From a virus, in IMG/VR virus record IMGVR_UViG_3300008954_000007: 64,000 nt of DNA; one strand, 5' to 3'. Positions 49,201-58,091 of this stretch are shown in pieces. Each line of letters opens with the position of its first letter. Positions within the stretch are counted from its first letter, which is position 1. The notes below the pieces were generated by a model. It saw nothing but the letters and a program-made list of their open reading frames with translations. It had not been told where the DNA came from and made no database searches. A program made the position numbers and the translations under genes.

Positions 49201-51567
49201 GCTATTGCTAATATGTTGGGTGGAGTAATAAGTGAGGACTACATTTTTCATGATCCATCACCTACTGATGATTCTTCAATTAGGGCTTTAAGAGTGCATG
49301 GAATTAATGAGTCCATAGTTGAACATGAGGGTGTTCAACATTTTGTTTTTGATTTTGGCAATAAACTTAATATCTTTGTAAAAAGAGATGGTGTTGAGAT
49401 TGAAGAAAACTATAGAGAATATTTAAAAAATAAAGGGATTTCAAATGAAGACATTTCTGGCCCTAATGGTAAACAATTTGATCCAACACATATAGATGGT
49501 TTTCTTAGTTCACATTATTCAATAGGTAATAGCATTGGGAAGAAGATAAGACCTTTTAAGAATTTTGATCAATCAGACAAAGCAGATAGTGTTGAGGGAT
49601 TTTTTTCTTATAAAACACATGATTTTGATATTGACATAACTGATGGTTTTTTAAGACAACTTATTAATGAGAATATTATTGATAAAATACATGATCAAAA
49701 AGACAGAAGCTTTTTAGAAGAATTAAAGGGAACAGAAGAGAAAAAGATTGTTGAAGTTCAAAAATGGTTTTTAAGTAAGAGTTTAAGGGAAAGAGATGCT
49801 TTAATATTTAGGTATAATGTGATAACCCTACCAGGGGAAAGGCAATATTTAGTGCCTAAAATAAGACCAAATCAGTCAAAGACTTTAAAGCATTTTTCTC
49901 TTGATTCTATAACAGAACCTATCGCAGCATTTATTAACAACAAGTTTATTGAACAATTGACAGAAGGAACTATAGATTCTATTGCTAAAAGGATGAATAG
50001 TTTTGATGAAAAAAATAAAAGATCAATTAGTGACTTGGGTATATCTCCATTAGGTGATTTTAGGAGAAGTGTTGCTAGTTTTGTTCTTTGGGCTAAAGGA
50101 ATAAAGAAAGATCTACCTAGAGTTAATATAGAAGATAATTATTTGTTGAATATTTACGAAAAAATTAAAAATGGTGAGTATATACCTAGCAAATGGACAG
50201 AAAGTGTAGAAAAGCAAAATTTGTCTACTGGAATATCTAGAGATGAAATTAAGAATTTATTGGGAGATGAAAACAAAAATAATGAGAGAGCACTGGTATT
50301 TGTTCAATGGTGGAACTTTAAAAGATTAACTGATGGTCATAATATTTTTGGATTTGATCATCATCACTTAATTCCTAAAATATACAATAGTAAACATTCT
50401 TTTGTGGGAAACTGGCGTAGTGATTATTCAGAAAATGAAGATGGATTAACAGAATTAGAAAAAAATTGGTCTGATTCATTAGGGAGCAATAATTCATTAA
50501 ATTTAACTTATAGTGCGACAGGGAACACACATCAAACAATTTTCCACTCTACAGATGTAAAAATGGGTGCTTACATTAAAGATAATGATGAGGACAAAGT
50601 TGATTTACCAGATTTATACATGACAACAACAAATATTGGTGGAAAAGTAGTTCCATACTATAATGAAAAAACAATGACACAAGCTAAATATGATGATTCT
50701 GAAATACCATCTATGGATAGTATTTCAGAAGAAGAGATGGGTTGGGTAAAGATAAATTCCTATAGGTCTTTAAAATATAGTGATTTAAGTGAAGAAGAGG
50801 TAGTAAGGTTTAGTTCACAACTAGAAGTTGTTGCTGATAAATATAAAAAAGAATTAAGAAAAGGTTTTGATGGGTTTGAATTGGAAATTGATACAGTTGA
50901 TATTTTAAAAAAAATTGATGATAAACAAGGGATTTTGATGCCAACAATATCTGAAACTGGTGAGGGTGATTTAATTTACGACTCTAAAAAAGATAAGAAG
51001 GTTAATGCAATGAGTCAAGAAGTTTTAGATGATCTCAAAAATCCTAGCAAAATTAGTGCTGGAATACATACTTTACTATCTCTTAGTACAGAGGAAAATG
51101 AGGTTGTTTTTTATTATAAGGATACTACTGGTCTAGTTAAAAACATTAAAACAGGAAAGAGTGTTGACAATAAGAATTTAAGAAAAGCTAAAGAAATAGG
51201 AAAGATAGACACTACAAAAGATAAGCCAGTTTTAACTCTCAAATTGGATTCAGGTATTTCTTTAATGAAGGATCGTGGGAATAAGTATAAAGATGGAAAT
51301 AAGCTTGTTACAAAAGGAAACACATTAAGTTTTGATTATTATTCAGCAGTATTCCCTAGAGAGAAAGATGAGAAAGACACCTCTTGGAGAGAACATAGTT
51401 TTTTTAAGGTTACATCTAGTAAAAGACCTATAACCCCAGGTAATAAAGTTAGTAGAAAAATGATTGTTCCAATTTCTACAACTCCTCAAAAAGTAGAGGG
51501 AATGTCTCAAACAATGAAAAATTGTACAGATATTATTAGAGTACATAGAGAGTTAGCTGGAACATAA
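46246..51567 (+). CDS. 1773-aa protein, possible virion-delivered toxin with HNH-like motif
   Basis: long ORF after MuF; DHHHLIP...N.L...THQTIFH. Confidence 0.6.
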   Translation: MVEQLRKKLNTLPLLIEKKRDGTWDQAIFSLEEVEFFKDAPSHCQDIIDDINELKKKGSSKSNETEEEAESTSRIARYAKAKEFYNQNKGEGDIGFDDILSKYVKFHLEGESNTKDRDTLLNTKVGKRTIKVEGGEDRTEEIYLLEKFDGYTERGNKASLYYSGLDDTVSGRDKSGNFNVVKGVKLVDVELASNTYAEQDFTLKKWDSRERSDLNKKYNECLKLFPSSHRLLAKEQLRFMRDLVSGEGSENLVTEISNQLQQFAVLFGEEGGKITHPDTGQVDIVSTEEGWRKRGDSILYGKSLNNNYKKTLFVSYYLPEMEFKKSDFKVDLEQGNFSEIIKPKSKYEDEQYKNYFNSLSTISQYENVLTMLRNMVLDPGFKELLGDSDIERDQLWRRILDESGIITSVFGIEGHNYVNEKERTVTKQTLIAEREKITGLKELELIDREIEHLKKNILLEEFKINTKSQQTRTIEGVDISLSNLSRELKIATEKRKELISDKKNKITHDFKFSFSPEENVDVGKKQTVLGEEFGVLKKTSFKNNITEERSLISGVEYIGATDAKYYEESYVAVQKIVRSLEESYSKVIGFLSDEENKQIVEALFPKGEGESSLDNLKKNLNYHASDAATKFGATTALFHRDQQALINRLFQNMFSNSIDNPQHLPLLSIFGGMGQDLEQFEGGFATAKAKAKTLRIHYGVRTGDYPLGNKQYREAIQEFYEKYLLKSELEGSDDAAEKLMTERVLTEIPNSRLVSGARIKNPFDSEVSGITDNDTNKPFRDYINSSVVDLRNYQKSLWDRRGVLWGNLTEVRDTLGKMSLMDYLKYQVKQSTSELSGDWYDEIEEITSEIRSIDQIAGTRVKRIVDNRQENFHSDYELQDGVIHTSKIDGLSYALLDYRTEEDIFRNIETGVETIAPLGWREDPNWSGKLPYQEYVEDKKIQITPEWTLLHNSKGRVPGLKTGEEWGSPVYRTNLQYSSVGDIDKAIANMLGGVISEDYIFHDPSPTDDSSIRALRVHGINESIVEHEGVQHFVFDFGNKLNIFVKRDGVEIEENYREYLKNKGISNEDISGPNGKQFDPTHIDGFLSSHYSIGNSIGKKIRPFKNFDQSDKADSVEGFFSYKTHDFDIDITDGFLRQLINENIIDKIHDQKDRSFLEELKGTEEKKIVEVQKWFLSKSLRERDALIFRYNVITLPGERQYLVPKIRPNQSKTLKHFSLDSITEPIAAFINNKFIEQLTEGTIDSIAKRMNSFDEKNKRSISDLGISPLGDFRRSVASFVLWAKGIKKDLPRVNIEDNYLLNIYEKIKNGEYIPSKWTESVEKQNLSTGISRDEIKNLLGDENKNNERALVFVQWWNFKRLTDGHNIFGFDHHHLIPKIYNSKHSFVGNWRSDYSENEDGLTELEKNWSDSLGSNNSLNLTYSATGNTHQTIFHSTDVKMGAYIKDNDEDKVDLPDLYMTTTNIGGKVVPYYNEKTMTQAKYDDSEIPSMDSISEEEMGWVKINSYRSLKYSDLSEEEVVRFSSQLEVVADKYKKELRKGFDGFELEIDTVDILKKIDDKQGILMPTISETGEGDLIYDSKKDKKVNAMSQEVLDDLKNPSKISAGIHTLLSLSTEENEVVFYYKDTTGLVKNIKTGKSVDNKNLRKAKEIGKIDTTKDKPVLTLKLDSGISLMKDRGNKYKDGNKLVTKGNTLSFDYYSAVFPREKDEKDTSWREHSFFKVTSSKRPITPGNKVSRKMIVPISTTPQKVEGMSQTMKNCTDIIRVHRELAGT

Positions 51568-51572
51568 TAGTT

Positions 51573-52055
51573 ATGTTATATGACTTTTTATATAGAAACC
51601 CAAGCTTAGTTAATCATACAACTTATTTGGAAATAGATGAAGTAAGTGATGATTTGTACTTCACTTTTGGTTTTAGGCTTCCTTATTATGTTAAAAATTT
51701 TTATGCCACTCAAAATGGTTTAATTACTAGTTATTTTAATATTTATACGTTAAATGATTTAAAGGAGAAAACAGAATTGAATGGTTGGATAAACTCACCT
51801 GGAACTTCAAAGAGTTTGTGTTTAGGAGAGTTTAATAGTGGTTGTTATCTTTATGACTATAATGAAAAGTTAATTCAAAACTATGACTATTATCATGGCG
51901 TTTTAGGTGAGTATGTAGATGTATTTAGTTTGTTTAACGATCTTTATGAATTGTATGGATTGAAAAACATTATGGAAGATAAAACACAGGGTGAAATACA
52001 TAAAACAAATATTGAGTCTATTGATTTTAGTGGTGTAGAATTTGTTGTTGATTAG
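51573..52055 (+). CDS. SMI1/KNR4 (SUKH)-like protein
   Basis: GFRLPYYVKNFY...NG pattern. Confidence 0.55.
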   Translation: MLYDFLYRNPSLVNHTTYLEIDEVSDDLYFTFGFRLPYYVKNFYATQNGLITSYFNIYTLNDLKEKTELNGWINSPGTSKSLCLGEFNSGCYLYDYNEKLIQNYDYYHGVLGEYVDVFSLFNDLYELYGLKNIMEDKTQGEIHKTNIESIDFSGVEFVVD

Positions 52056-52063
52056 GAGTTGTT

Positions 52064-52264
52064 ATGGTTACTTTTCAATCTATAAGTCATTTAAGTCAGC
52101 ATCAAATGTTGAAAGAGCTACAGGAAGCAAAACAAGTAACTAGGGATGTTATTAGATTACAGATTGCTAACGAACAAAGAGAAAAACATAAACAAAATGT
52201 TATTGATAGGCAATCTTCATACAATAGGGCAAGATATGGCAGCACTTTAGATGTAAGAGCATAG
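52064..52264 (+). CDS. hypothetical protein
   Basis: AGGAG RBS; C-terminal G..LDVRA. Confidence 0.5.
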   Translation: MVTFQSISHLSQHQMLKELQEAKQVTRDVIRLQIANEQREKHKQNVIDRQSSYNRARYGSTLDVRA

Positions 52265-52311
52265 TTTTTATATCTAAATGTGATATCATTTTTATTAAAA
52301 TAGAAAAAAAT

Positions 52312-52340
52312 TTGACGTATAGGTTGCTAACGTATATAAT
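52312..52340 (+). promoter_or_regulatory. sigma70-type promoter for head operon
   Basis: TTGACG-17bp-TATAAT. Confidence 0.65.
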
Positions 52341-52372
52341 TGAAAAGGAATAATCTAGAATTGAGGTTAGAA

Positions 52373-53836
52373 ATGGCTGATGTACTCCACCATTCAATAC
52401 CTTTTAGCTTCCACATGGGTTTGGATGCTGCGTATGACGACAGCAACTACCTAGAGAAAAGTGAGGATAGTGGAAGGCTTTTTCTAAAAGGTGTAGCGTC
52501 AGACACCTTGCCAGATAAGCAAAATCAAAGGTTCAGTAAGAAGTTTATTGAATCTATGGTAGAGTCTGCCAAGGGGATGACATGTTTTTATGAACATAAT
52601 AGGGATCTAGATCACACTATTGGTGTCTGTAAAGATGCTATAGTTGAAAATGATTCTTTAAATGTCCTTATTGAGTTAGAGCAACCAGAGTCTAATGATT
52701 TAGTTAAGAAACTGGTTTCAAAATCTCAACAAGGCATACGAATTGGTCTTAGTGTTTCTGGAGTTGTTACAAAAAGCACAGTAGAAAAGAAAGATAGTGC
52801 TAGTTCAGACATTAAGGCTATGAATGAGAATGAAGAACTACCCATTCAAGTGCTTGAAGAGGGTAGACTAGACGAAATTAGTGCTGTAGGTCTTCCATCC
52901 AATCCAAGGGGTTGGGCTGCAGTTATAATGAAGTCATTTAAGGATGGGGTGAGCAAAAACATGACAGATTTGTCTGATGTACAACAATCAGATTTAGCAG
53001 AGCCACCACAAATTGTTCCTGATCCATTAGGTGCTGAAGAGAGTTCCTTGTTGAAGGCTGAAGAAGAGCCAGAGAAGCCAGCAGAACCTCAACCAGAACC
53101 TGCACAACCTGAACGCCAAGAGGAGAAAATCACGATGCATTCAGAAATAGTAAATGGAATTGCTGAAGCTATTGGTGGTTCTATTAGGTCGCTAAATGAT
53201 GCTTTAACAGCATTAAGGCAATCTGTTGAACAAAAGAATCAAGAGCTTTCAACAGCAGTATTAAATTTAACTGAAAAAGTTGACTTTACTGAGAAGTCTC
53301 AACATGAAAAAAGCACTAATGCTCTTAGAAGCAATTCTGATAGATTAGAATCTAATCTAAGAACTCAGAATGAATCTAGCATTAGAGCAGCTTTCGATAA
53401 GCAGAATGATAATATTGCTAGAGCATTTGATCAAGTTAATAGTGCTCTTGTTGAGATCACTAAAGCTTTTGATGGAGTAGTTGAGAGAATTGATGTTCTA
53501 GAAACAAAAGTTGATGCTGGTTCTGACGTTTTCAAGCAACAAGTTAAAGAAGCAACCTCTGAGGCTATTGAATCCTTCCAGCAAAATCCTTCTCCTAGTG
53601 ATGCAGTTCGTAAATCTGGTGGAAACCAAGATTTCAACAATGTTGAAGAACGACAAACTGAAGAGCCAGAAGCTAGGGTTTTCAAGAATAATGATGGAGA
53701 TTTAGTGGTGAAAGGTGGAAGTGTTAATCCAGCCACCTTAACTAAAACTGAAATATCTGCCCTAAATGATGATCAAAAACTTGATGCATTAAATGCAGTT
53801 GTTGGTCAAATGATGGGTATGTCAGGTCGCAGATAG
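52373..53836 (+). CDS. prohead protease / scaffold fusion
   Basis: GVAS...D, YEH, GLSVSG, EISAV..PSNP, then acidic coiled-coil; GAGG RBS before MADV. Confidence 0.82.
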   Translation: MADVLHHSIPFSFHMGLDAAYDDSNYLEKSEDSGRLFLKGVASDTLPDKQNQRFSKKFIESMVESAKGMTCFYEHNRDLDHTIGVCKDAIVENDSLNVLIELEQPESNDLVKKLVSKSQQGIRIGLSVSGVVTKSTVEKKDSASSDIKAMNENEELPIQVLEEGRLDEISAVGLPSNPRGWAAVIMKSFKDGVSKNMTDLSDVQQSDLAEPPQIVPDPLGAEESSLLKAEEEPEKPAEPQPEPAQPERQEEKITMHSEIVNGIAEAIGGSIRSLNDALTALRQSVEQKNQELSTAVLNLTEKVDFTEKSQHEKSTNALRSNSDRLESNLRTQNESSIRAAFDKQNDNIARAFDQVNSALVEITKAFDGVVERIDVLETKVDAGSDVFKQQVKEATSEAIESFQQNPSPSDAVRKSGGNQDFNNVEERQTEEPEARVFKNNDGDLVVKGGSVNPATLTKTEISALNDDQKLDALNAVVGQMMGMSGRR

Positions 53837-53862
53837 CATAGTCTTAAGAGAGGTATATAATA

Positions 53863-55125
53863 ATGAGTAATTTAGAAGGTGTCTTCACCAAAGGCCCAGA
53901 TGAAGAAGCTATTGGTTCTGTTAGTGCTGATAATCAACCTAATATAGTTGATAGTGTTGAGCATTTTGTTCCAGAACCACTGCTTAACACTTTTCATGGT
54001 TTAATGAGGGAAAAAACATTTGTACGTTCTATGTTTAGAACAGTCAATATGCCCTATACGACCATGAATATTCCAACTATTGCTTCAGGAACCAGGGTTT
54101 ATCACCAACCTAATGAAGCAGCACAGGGTGAAGCAACTGGCGTAACGTCAGATAGCTATCAAATCACTGCTAGAAAACTTATGGCTCAAACCATGATTTC
54201 TAGAGAAGTGATGGAAGATGCAAATCAAAATATTCAGCGTGTAGTGACTGAAGATTTTGCTAGTGCATTAGCTGCTGCAGAAGAGCAAGCCTTTTTGTTG
54301 GGTCAAGAAGTTGGTACTTCAGCAATAGATCCTGATACTTCAGGTGCTAGTGTTAATAGTGGAACTGTAGCTGCTGATATTAGAAGAGCCACCAACATTT
54401 GGAAAGAGACAGGGTTGATTGACTTCAATGGTGCTACAGATCAACAAATGACAAATAACCCTAATGTTATTTGTGATGGTTTGTTGACAGTTGCATTGAG
54501 AAGAGGTGGTAAGAATGTTATTGATGCTGCAGGTGACTCTTTTTATGGTTCTACTGCCTATGAATTAGTTAGAGATGCCATTTCAAAAATGGGTATTTTG
54601 GGTAGAAACAAAAGAGAATTAGTTTTAATTGTTAATTCAGTTGCTGCTAGTCAATTATTGATGAGTAGTGAGTTGATGACTCTAGAAAAGTATGGTAGAG
54701 ATGCCACTATTTTGACAGGTGAAGTTGGTCAACTATTTGGATTGAAAATTATTGAATCACAATGGTTACCAGGTGGTGCAGCAGCTACTACACTTGGTGG
54801 AGGCCCATCAGGTTCTCCAGTAGCAGCAGAAGGTGCTACTTATGAAGTCACTAAAGATGGTACTGGTGCATTAGGTACTCCTAGAGAGTATGGTCTTGGT
54901 GGTTATGCCATCTTGGTTCATATTCCAAGTGTAACTATTGGTGATCGTAGAAAAGTCTCTATCAGAACAGAAGAAGAGATTGCTGTAGATGCTTTTAGAA
55001 CAGTTCTAACATCTAGAGTTGGATTCTATTGTCAGCAACAGTATGAGTATGGTGGAACAGCCCCACTTTGTCCAGTAGTTGCCATTGGTAACATGGATTC
55101 ATCAATTGGACTAGAATCTCCTTAG
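53863..55125 (+). CDS. major capsid protein (HK97 fold)
   Basis: VPE, KL.A...IS.E..ED, EQAFLLG, G.L.G.KI.ES; follows protease. Confidence 0.88.
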   Translation: MSNLEGVFTKGPDEEAIGSVSADNQPNIVDSVEHFVPEPLLNTFHGLMREKTFVRSMFRTVNMPYTTMNIPTIASGTRVYHQPNEAAQGEATGVTSDSYQITARKLMAQTMISREVMEDANQNIQRVVTEDFASALAAAEEQAFLLGQEVGTSAIDPDTSGASVNSGTVAADIRRATNIWKETGLIDFNGATDQQMTNNPNVICDGLLTVALRRGGKNVIDAAGDSFYGSTAYELVRDAISKMGILGRNKRELVLIVNSVAASQLLMSSELMTLEKYGRDATILTGEVGQLFGLKIIESQWLPGGAAATTLGGGPSGSPVAAEGATYEVTKDGTGALGTPREYGLGGYAILVHIPSVTIGDRRKVSIRTEEEIAVDAFRTVLTSRVGFYCQQQYEYGGTAPLCPVVAIGNMDSSIGLESP

Positions 55126-55134
55126 TAATCTACT

Positions 55135-55809
55135 ATGCCCTATTATGCTACAGAGTCTTCTGTTGTTGCTCTGAGTAATGGGCAAGTAACTGAAGAGTAT
55201 ATTCAGCCAGATTGGGTAGTGTGGAACGACTTTAAGGTTGACACACTACTCAATCTAGGTTTTAGTTTTAGGCTCTATAAAGATCAGTATTCCTTTATAT
55301 TGTCAGACACAACTGTTAGGGAGATCTTTTTAAGATCTCCTTTAGTTGCTGATGATGTCTATGACTTTAAAATATTTGAAAATGATTCTGCTTACCCATC
55401 TACATCAGATACAGAAACATCTTCAGATGATTATTTAGTTAGAAGTTCTTTTGTAGAGAGAACTAGGGATAGTGTTTGGAAAAAGTACATCACAGTAGAG
55501 TACCATTGGGGTTTCCCTACAATACCTAAAGATGTTGAAGTCCTAGCTAACTTAACTCTCCTTAATTTCTGTTTACTATCTAAACAATCCTCTAGTAGTT
55601 CTGTAGCTTCAGAGAGAATAGGGGAATATCAGTTTAGTTCAACTAGTGTGGAAACTACCACTAGTTCTTTTTCAGATGAAATAGATGATTTGGTTGCTAT
55701 GGTGAAAACAAAATACAGTACAGTCAATTTCACCTTTCCAGGCGTTCAAAATCCATCTCCAACGTTAATTAATTCATCCAGAACTGAAATCTTAAACGCA
55801 CCAGTATAA
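55135..55809 (+). CDS. head-tail adaptor
   Basis: VEY.WGF..IP.DV, SERIGEY.F motifs; synteny. Confidence 0.7.
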   Translation: MPYYATESSVVALSNGQVTEEYIQPDWVVWNDFKVDTLLNLGFSFRLYKDQYSFILSDTTVREIFLRSPLVADDVYDFKIFENDSAYPSTSDTETSSDDYLVRSSFVERTRDSVWKKYITVEYHWGFPTIPKDVEVLANLTLLNFCLLSKQSSSSSVASERIGEYQFSSTSVETTTSSFSDEIDDLVAMVKTKYSTVNFTFPGVQNPSPTLINSSRTEILNAPV

Positions 55810-56210
55810 TGTCTTTTGAGAATTTGTTGATTCATAAGGCAAATGTTTATGAGTTCAACATTAACCCCTCAGATGTTGATGATTATAATATGCCTATAGT
55901 GAGTTTATTAGCAACAGAGTATGCTAATATTTCATGTAGGTTACAACACTACCATCATAAATCTTCAGGGTTGGTGCAACAAGAGGTTGAATTAATTGAA
56001 GAAAAACCTGCTCTTTTGTTCGTATCTGGTACTTCTTTTACTCCTACCCATAGTAATTATGTTTTTCATTTTTCCATTGATAGTAGTAATTTCTATATCG
56101 TTCAAGAAATGAAAGTATTGTATGCACAATCAATTATCCCTCATCATTATGAGCTATTAGTAGTTCCATTTAATGAAGAGATATCTGGAGACTATACAGC
56201 ACCAGTATAA
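55809..56210 (+). CDS. head closure protein
   Basis: DDYN.P, CRL, HHYEL; synteny. Confidence 0.55.
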   Translation: MSFENLLIHKANVYEFNINPSDVDDYNMPIVSLLATEYANISCRLQHYHHKSSGLVQQEVELIEEKPALLFVSGTSFTPTHSNYVFHFSIDSSNFYIVQEMKVLYAQSIIPHHYELLVVPFNEEISGDYTAPV

Positions 56211-56704
56211 TGGCTTTTCAAGATCCCATTAAAAATATCATTAAGTATTTAACTACTAATGACAATACTTCTAGTTTAAGAACTGTTGTAGAGATAGGGG
56301 AAGACTCTGGACTATATAGAATTTATCATAATGCCATTAGATTTTGGGATATGAAAGATGATGAGTGTAAGGCGTTAACCTTAACTAAAATAAGGGATGG
56401 TGAGGGAAAGAATGCCTTAGATCAAACTGTAGAGATGGCTTTTGAGTTTATATGTTGGTCTAACAAGAACAAAGAAAGTGAATTAATGGACTTGTGGGTT
56501 GCTTTGGATGAGATTTTTCACAATCAACACAATACTATTTATGAAAGCCTAACTGTAATACATTCTTTTAGATCACAAGAGCCAGTGTTTGATAATAGGT
56601 TTGCTTTAAACTTAAGTCCAGCTACTACTAGATTATCATCTAGAACCAAACTAAGACTTCCTTCTGTATCTTCTACTTATACTTTCCTGGCAATGGAAAA
56701 CTAA
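56210..56704 (+). CDS. putative tail terminator/completion protein
   Basis: synteny and size. Confidence 0.4.
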   Translation: MAFQDPIKNIIKYLTTNDNTSSLRTVVEIGEDSGLYRIYHNAIRFWDMKDDECKALTLTKIRDGEGKNALDQTVEMAFEFICWSNKNKESELMDLWVALDEIFHNQHNTIYESLTVIHSFRSQEPVFDNRFALNLSPATTRLSSRTKLRLPSVSSTYTFLAMEN

Positions 56705-57660
56705 GCTAAATAGCTTTTAAGTTTTCTATCTCTTCTTTCCATCTCTTCTAGGTCATCAGTAAGAAAATTTAAGTTATTACTTTGTTGTTTTTGGGTAATA
56801 CTTTCATGACTCACCCTAGAGTCATAGATGTTTTGTATTTCCTCTTTAGATAAGTCTGATGGGTCTTTCCCCCACTTACAAGCCATAATATCTATATCAA
56901 AAAACTTATTTTTATTAATAGTTTTTTCAATTAGTTTTATTCCACCCTCATCTCCATCCCCAAAAATAATTAATTTTTTAGCACCAAACTCCAATAGGGT
57001 TTTAACTTGGTTATCACTTAAGTCAGCACCCAAGAGTGCAGCACAGTTTTTGAAACCCTTCTGCCACATAGACATTACATCAAAAGCACCCTCTACAATA
57101 ATGGTTTCTTTTTCAACTTGTTTTGAGAAGATGAAATTGGATTTAGGCATATTCTTAGGAAATATATATTTTCTTGAAGATAGTCCTGTATAGTCTCTAG
57201 CCTGAAAAGCTAAATTCCCTTTAGTTTCAATAGGAATTATAATTCTTTGATTGTAGATGGAAGATTTTTTCCTACATATGTGAAGATTGAAGTCTACTAT
57301 TGTTTCAATTTCAAGTCTATTAGTTAGGTAGTAGGGGCAATCTGATTCATTAAATATCTTTTCAAATTCCTGGGGGAAAAACTTAAAATTTTCTTCTTTA
57401 GGGGTTTCTAATTGACTTATGTCATCCAGTAGATCCTCTAGGCTATAGGTTATTTCAATATCTTCTAAACCATCAATGAGGTGACTGAGGTGACCTTTCT
57501 TATTGCACCCATGACAATACCAAAGTTTCTTTTTCTTACTATATGAAGCAGATGGATTATCATCTAAATGGTCTGGACTAGGACAACTAATCCTTATTTC
57601 TTCATCAGTTTCGTTAAAAGTTATTATTCCAGCTTTTTCTAATATTTGTTTATGATTCAT
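56701..57660 (-). CDS. dnaG: DNA primase (zinc finger + TOPRIM)
   Basis: CP..DH.D.NPS..CHGC, VEGAFD, DGDEGG, KDP; the sequence reads on the minus strand although the track says +. Confidence 0.88.
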   Translation of the reverse strand: MNHKQILEKAGIITFNETDEEIRISCPSPDHLDDNPSASYSKKKKLWYCHGCNKKGHLSHLIDGLEDIEITYSLEDLLDDISQLETPKEENFKFFPQEFEKIFNESDCPYYLTNRLEIETIVDFNLHICRKKSSIYNQRIIIPIETKGNLAFQARDYTGLSSRKYIFPKNMPKSNFIFSKQVEKETIIVEGAFDVMSMWQKGFKNCAALLGADLSDNQVKTLLEFGAKKLIIFGDGDEGGIKLIEKTINKNKFFDIDIMACKWGKDPSDLSKEEIQNIYDSRVSHESITQKQQSNNLNFLTDDLEEMERRDRKLKSYLA

Positions 57661-58091
57661 AGTGAGGGTAGGAATTTTGATTTTTTTCTGTAATTTCTTC
57701 TTGAAACTATTCTTTTTCTATATTTCTTATGAAAATCTTTGTTTTCTTTGGTTACTATTCTATCTATGTTGTCTTTTTTTTCAGTTTCTTGAAAAAGAAC
57801 AATAGAGGCAATACCTAAACTTGTTATTAACACAAAAAAAGTAGTTAGCATAAAAAACCAATCATCAGTGTTAAAGAAGTCAAAAAAGAATGAGAGATCA
57901 AGTTCTCCTAGAAGCATCGACCCTATTATTACTTTTGCACCAATTACTTGATGCATGTATTTGTTAGCTTTAGGAGTGCTTTTTGCTTCTGGATGTTTCT
58001 CATCCCATTCTTTAGATTCTTCTTTGACTCTTTCATTTAGTTCTTTAATTGCACTAAATGTTCTAAAAAAGACAAGGATTAGTCTAAGCAT
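57657..58091 (-). CDS. membrane protein
   Basis: ATG at 58091 on minus strand (track says +); hydrophobic segments. Confidence 0.55.
   Translation of the reverse strand: MLRLILVFFRTFSAIKELNERVKEESKEWDEKHPEAKSTPKANKYMHQVIGAKVIIGSMLLGELDLSFFFDFFNTDDWFFMLTTFFVLITSLGIASIVLFQETEKKDNIDRIVTKENKDFHKKYRKRIVSRRNYRKKSKFLPSL

Noticed and set aside
47493-53736. Antisense ORFs within large genes (e.g. 47493-47876, 53431-53736)
   Set aside because: Shadow frames of long sense genes
56701-58091. Plus-strand labels for the primase and the 144-aa ORF in the supplied track
   Set aside because: The given peptides translate from the reverse complement (CAT at 57658-57660 and 58089-58091)
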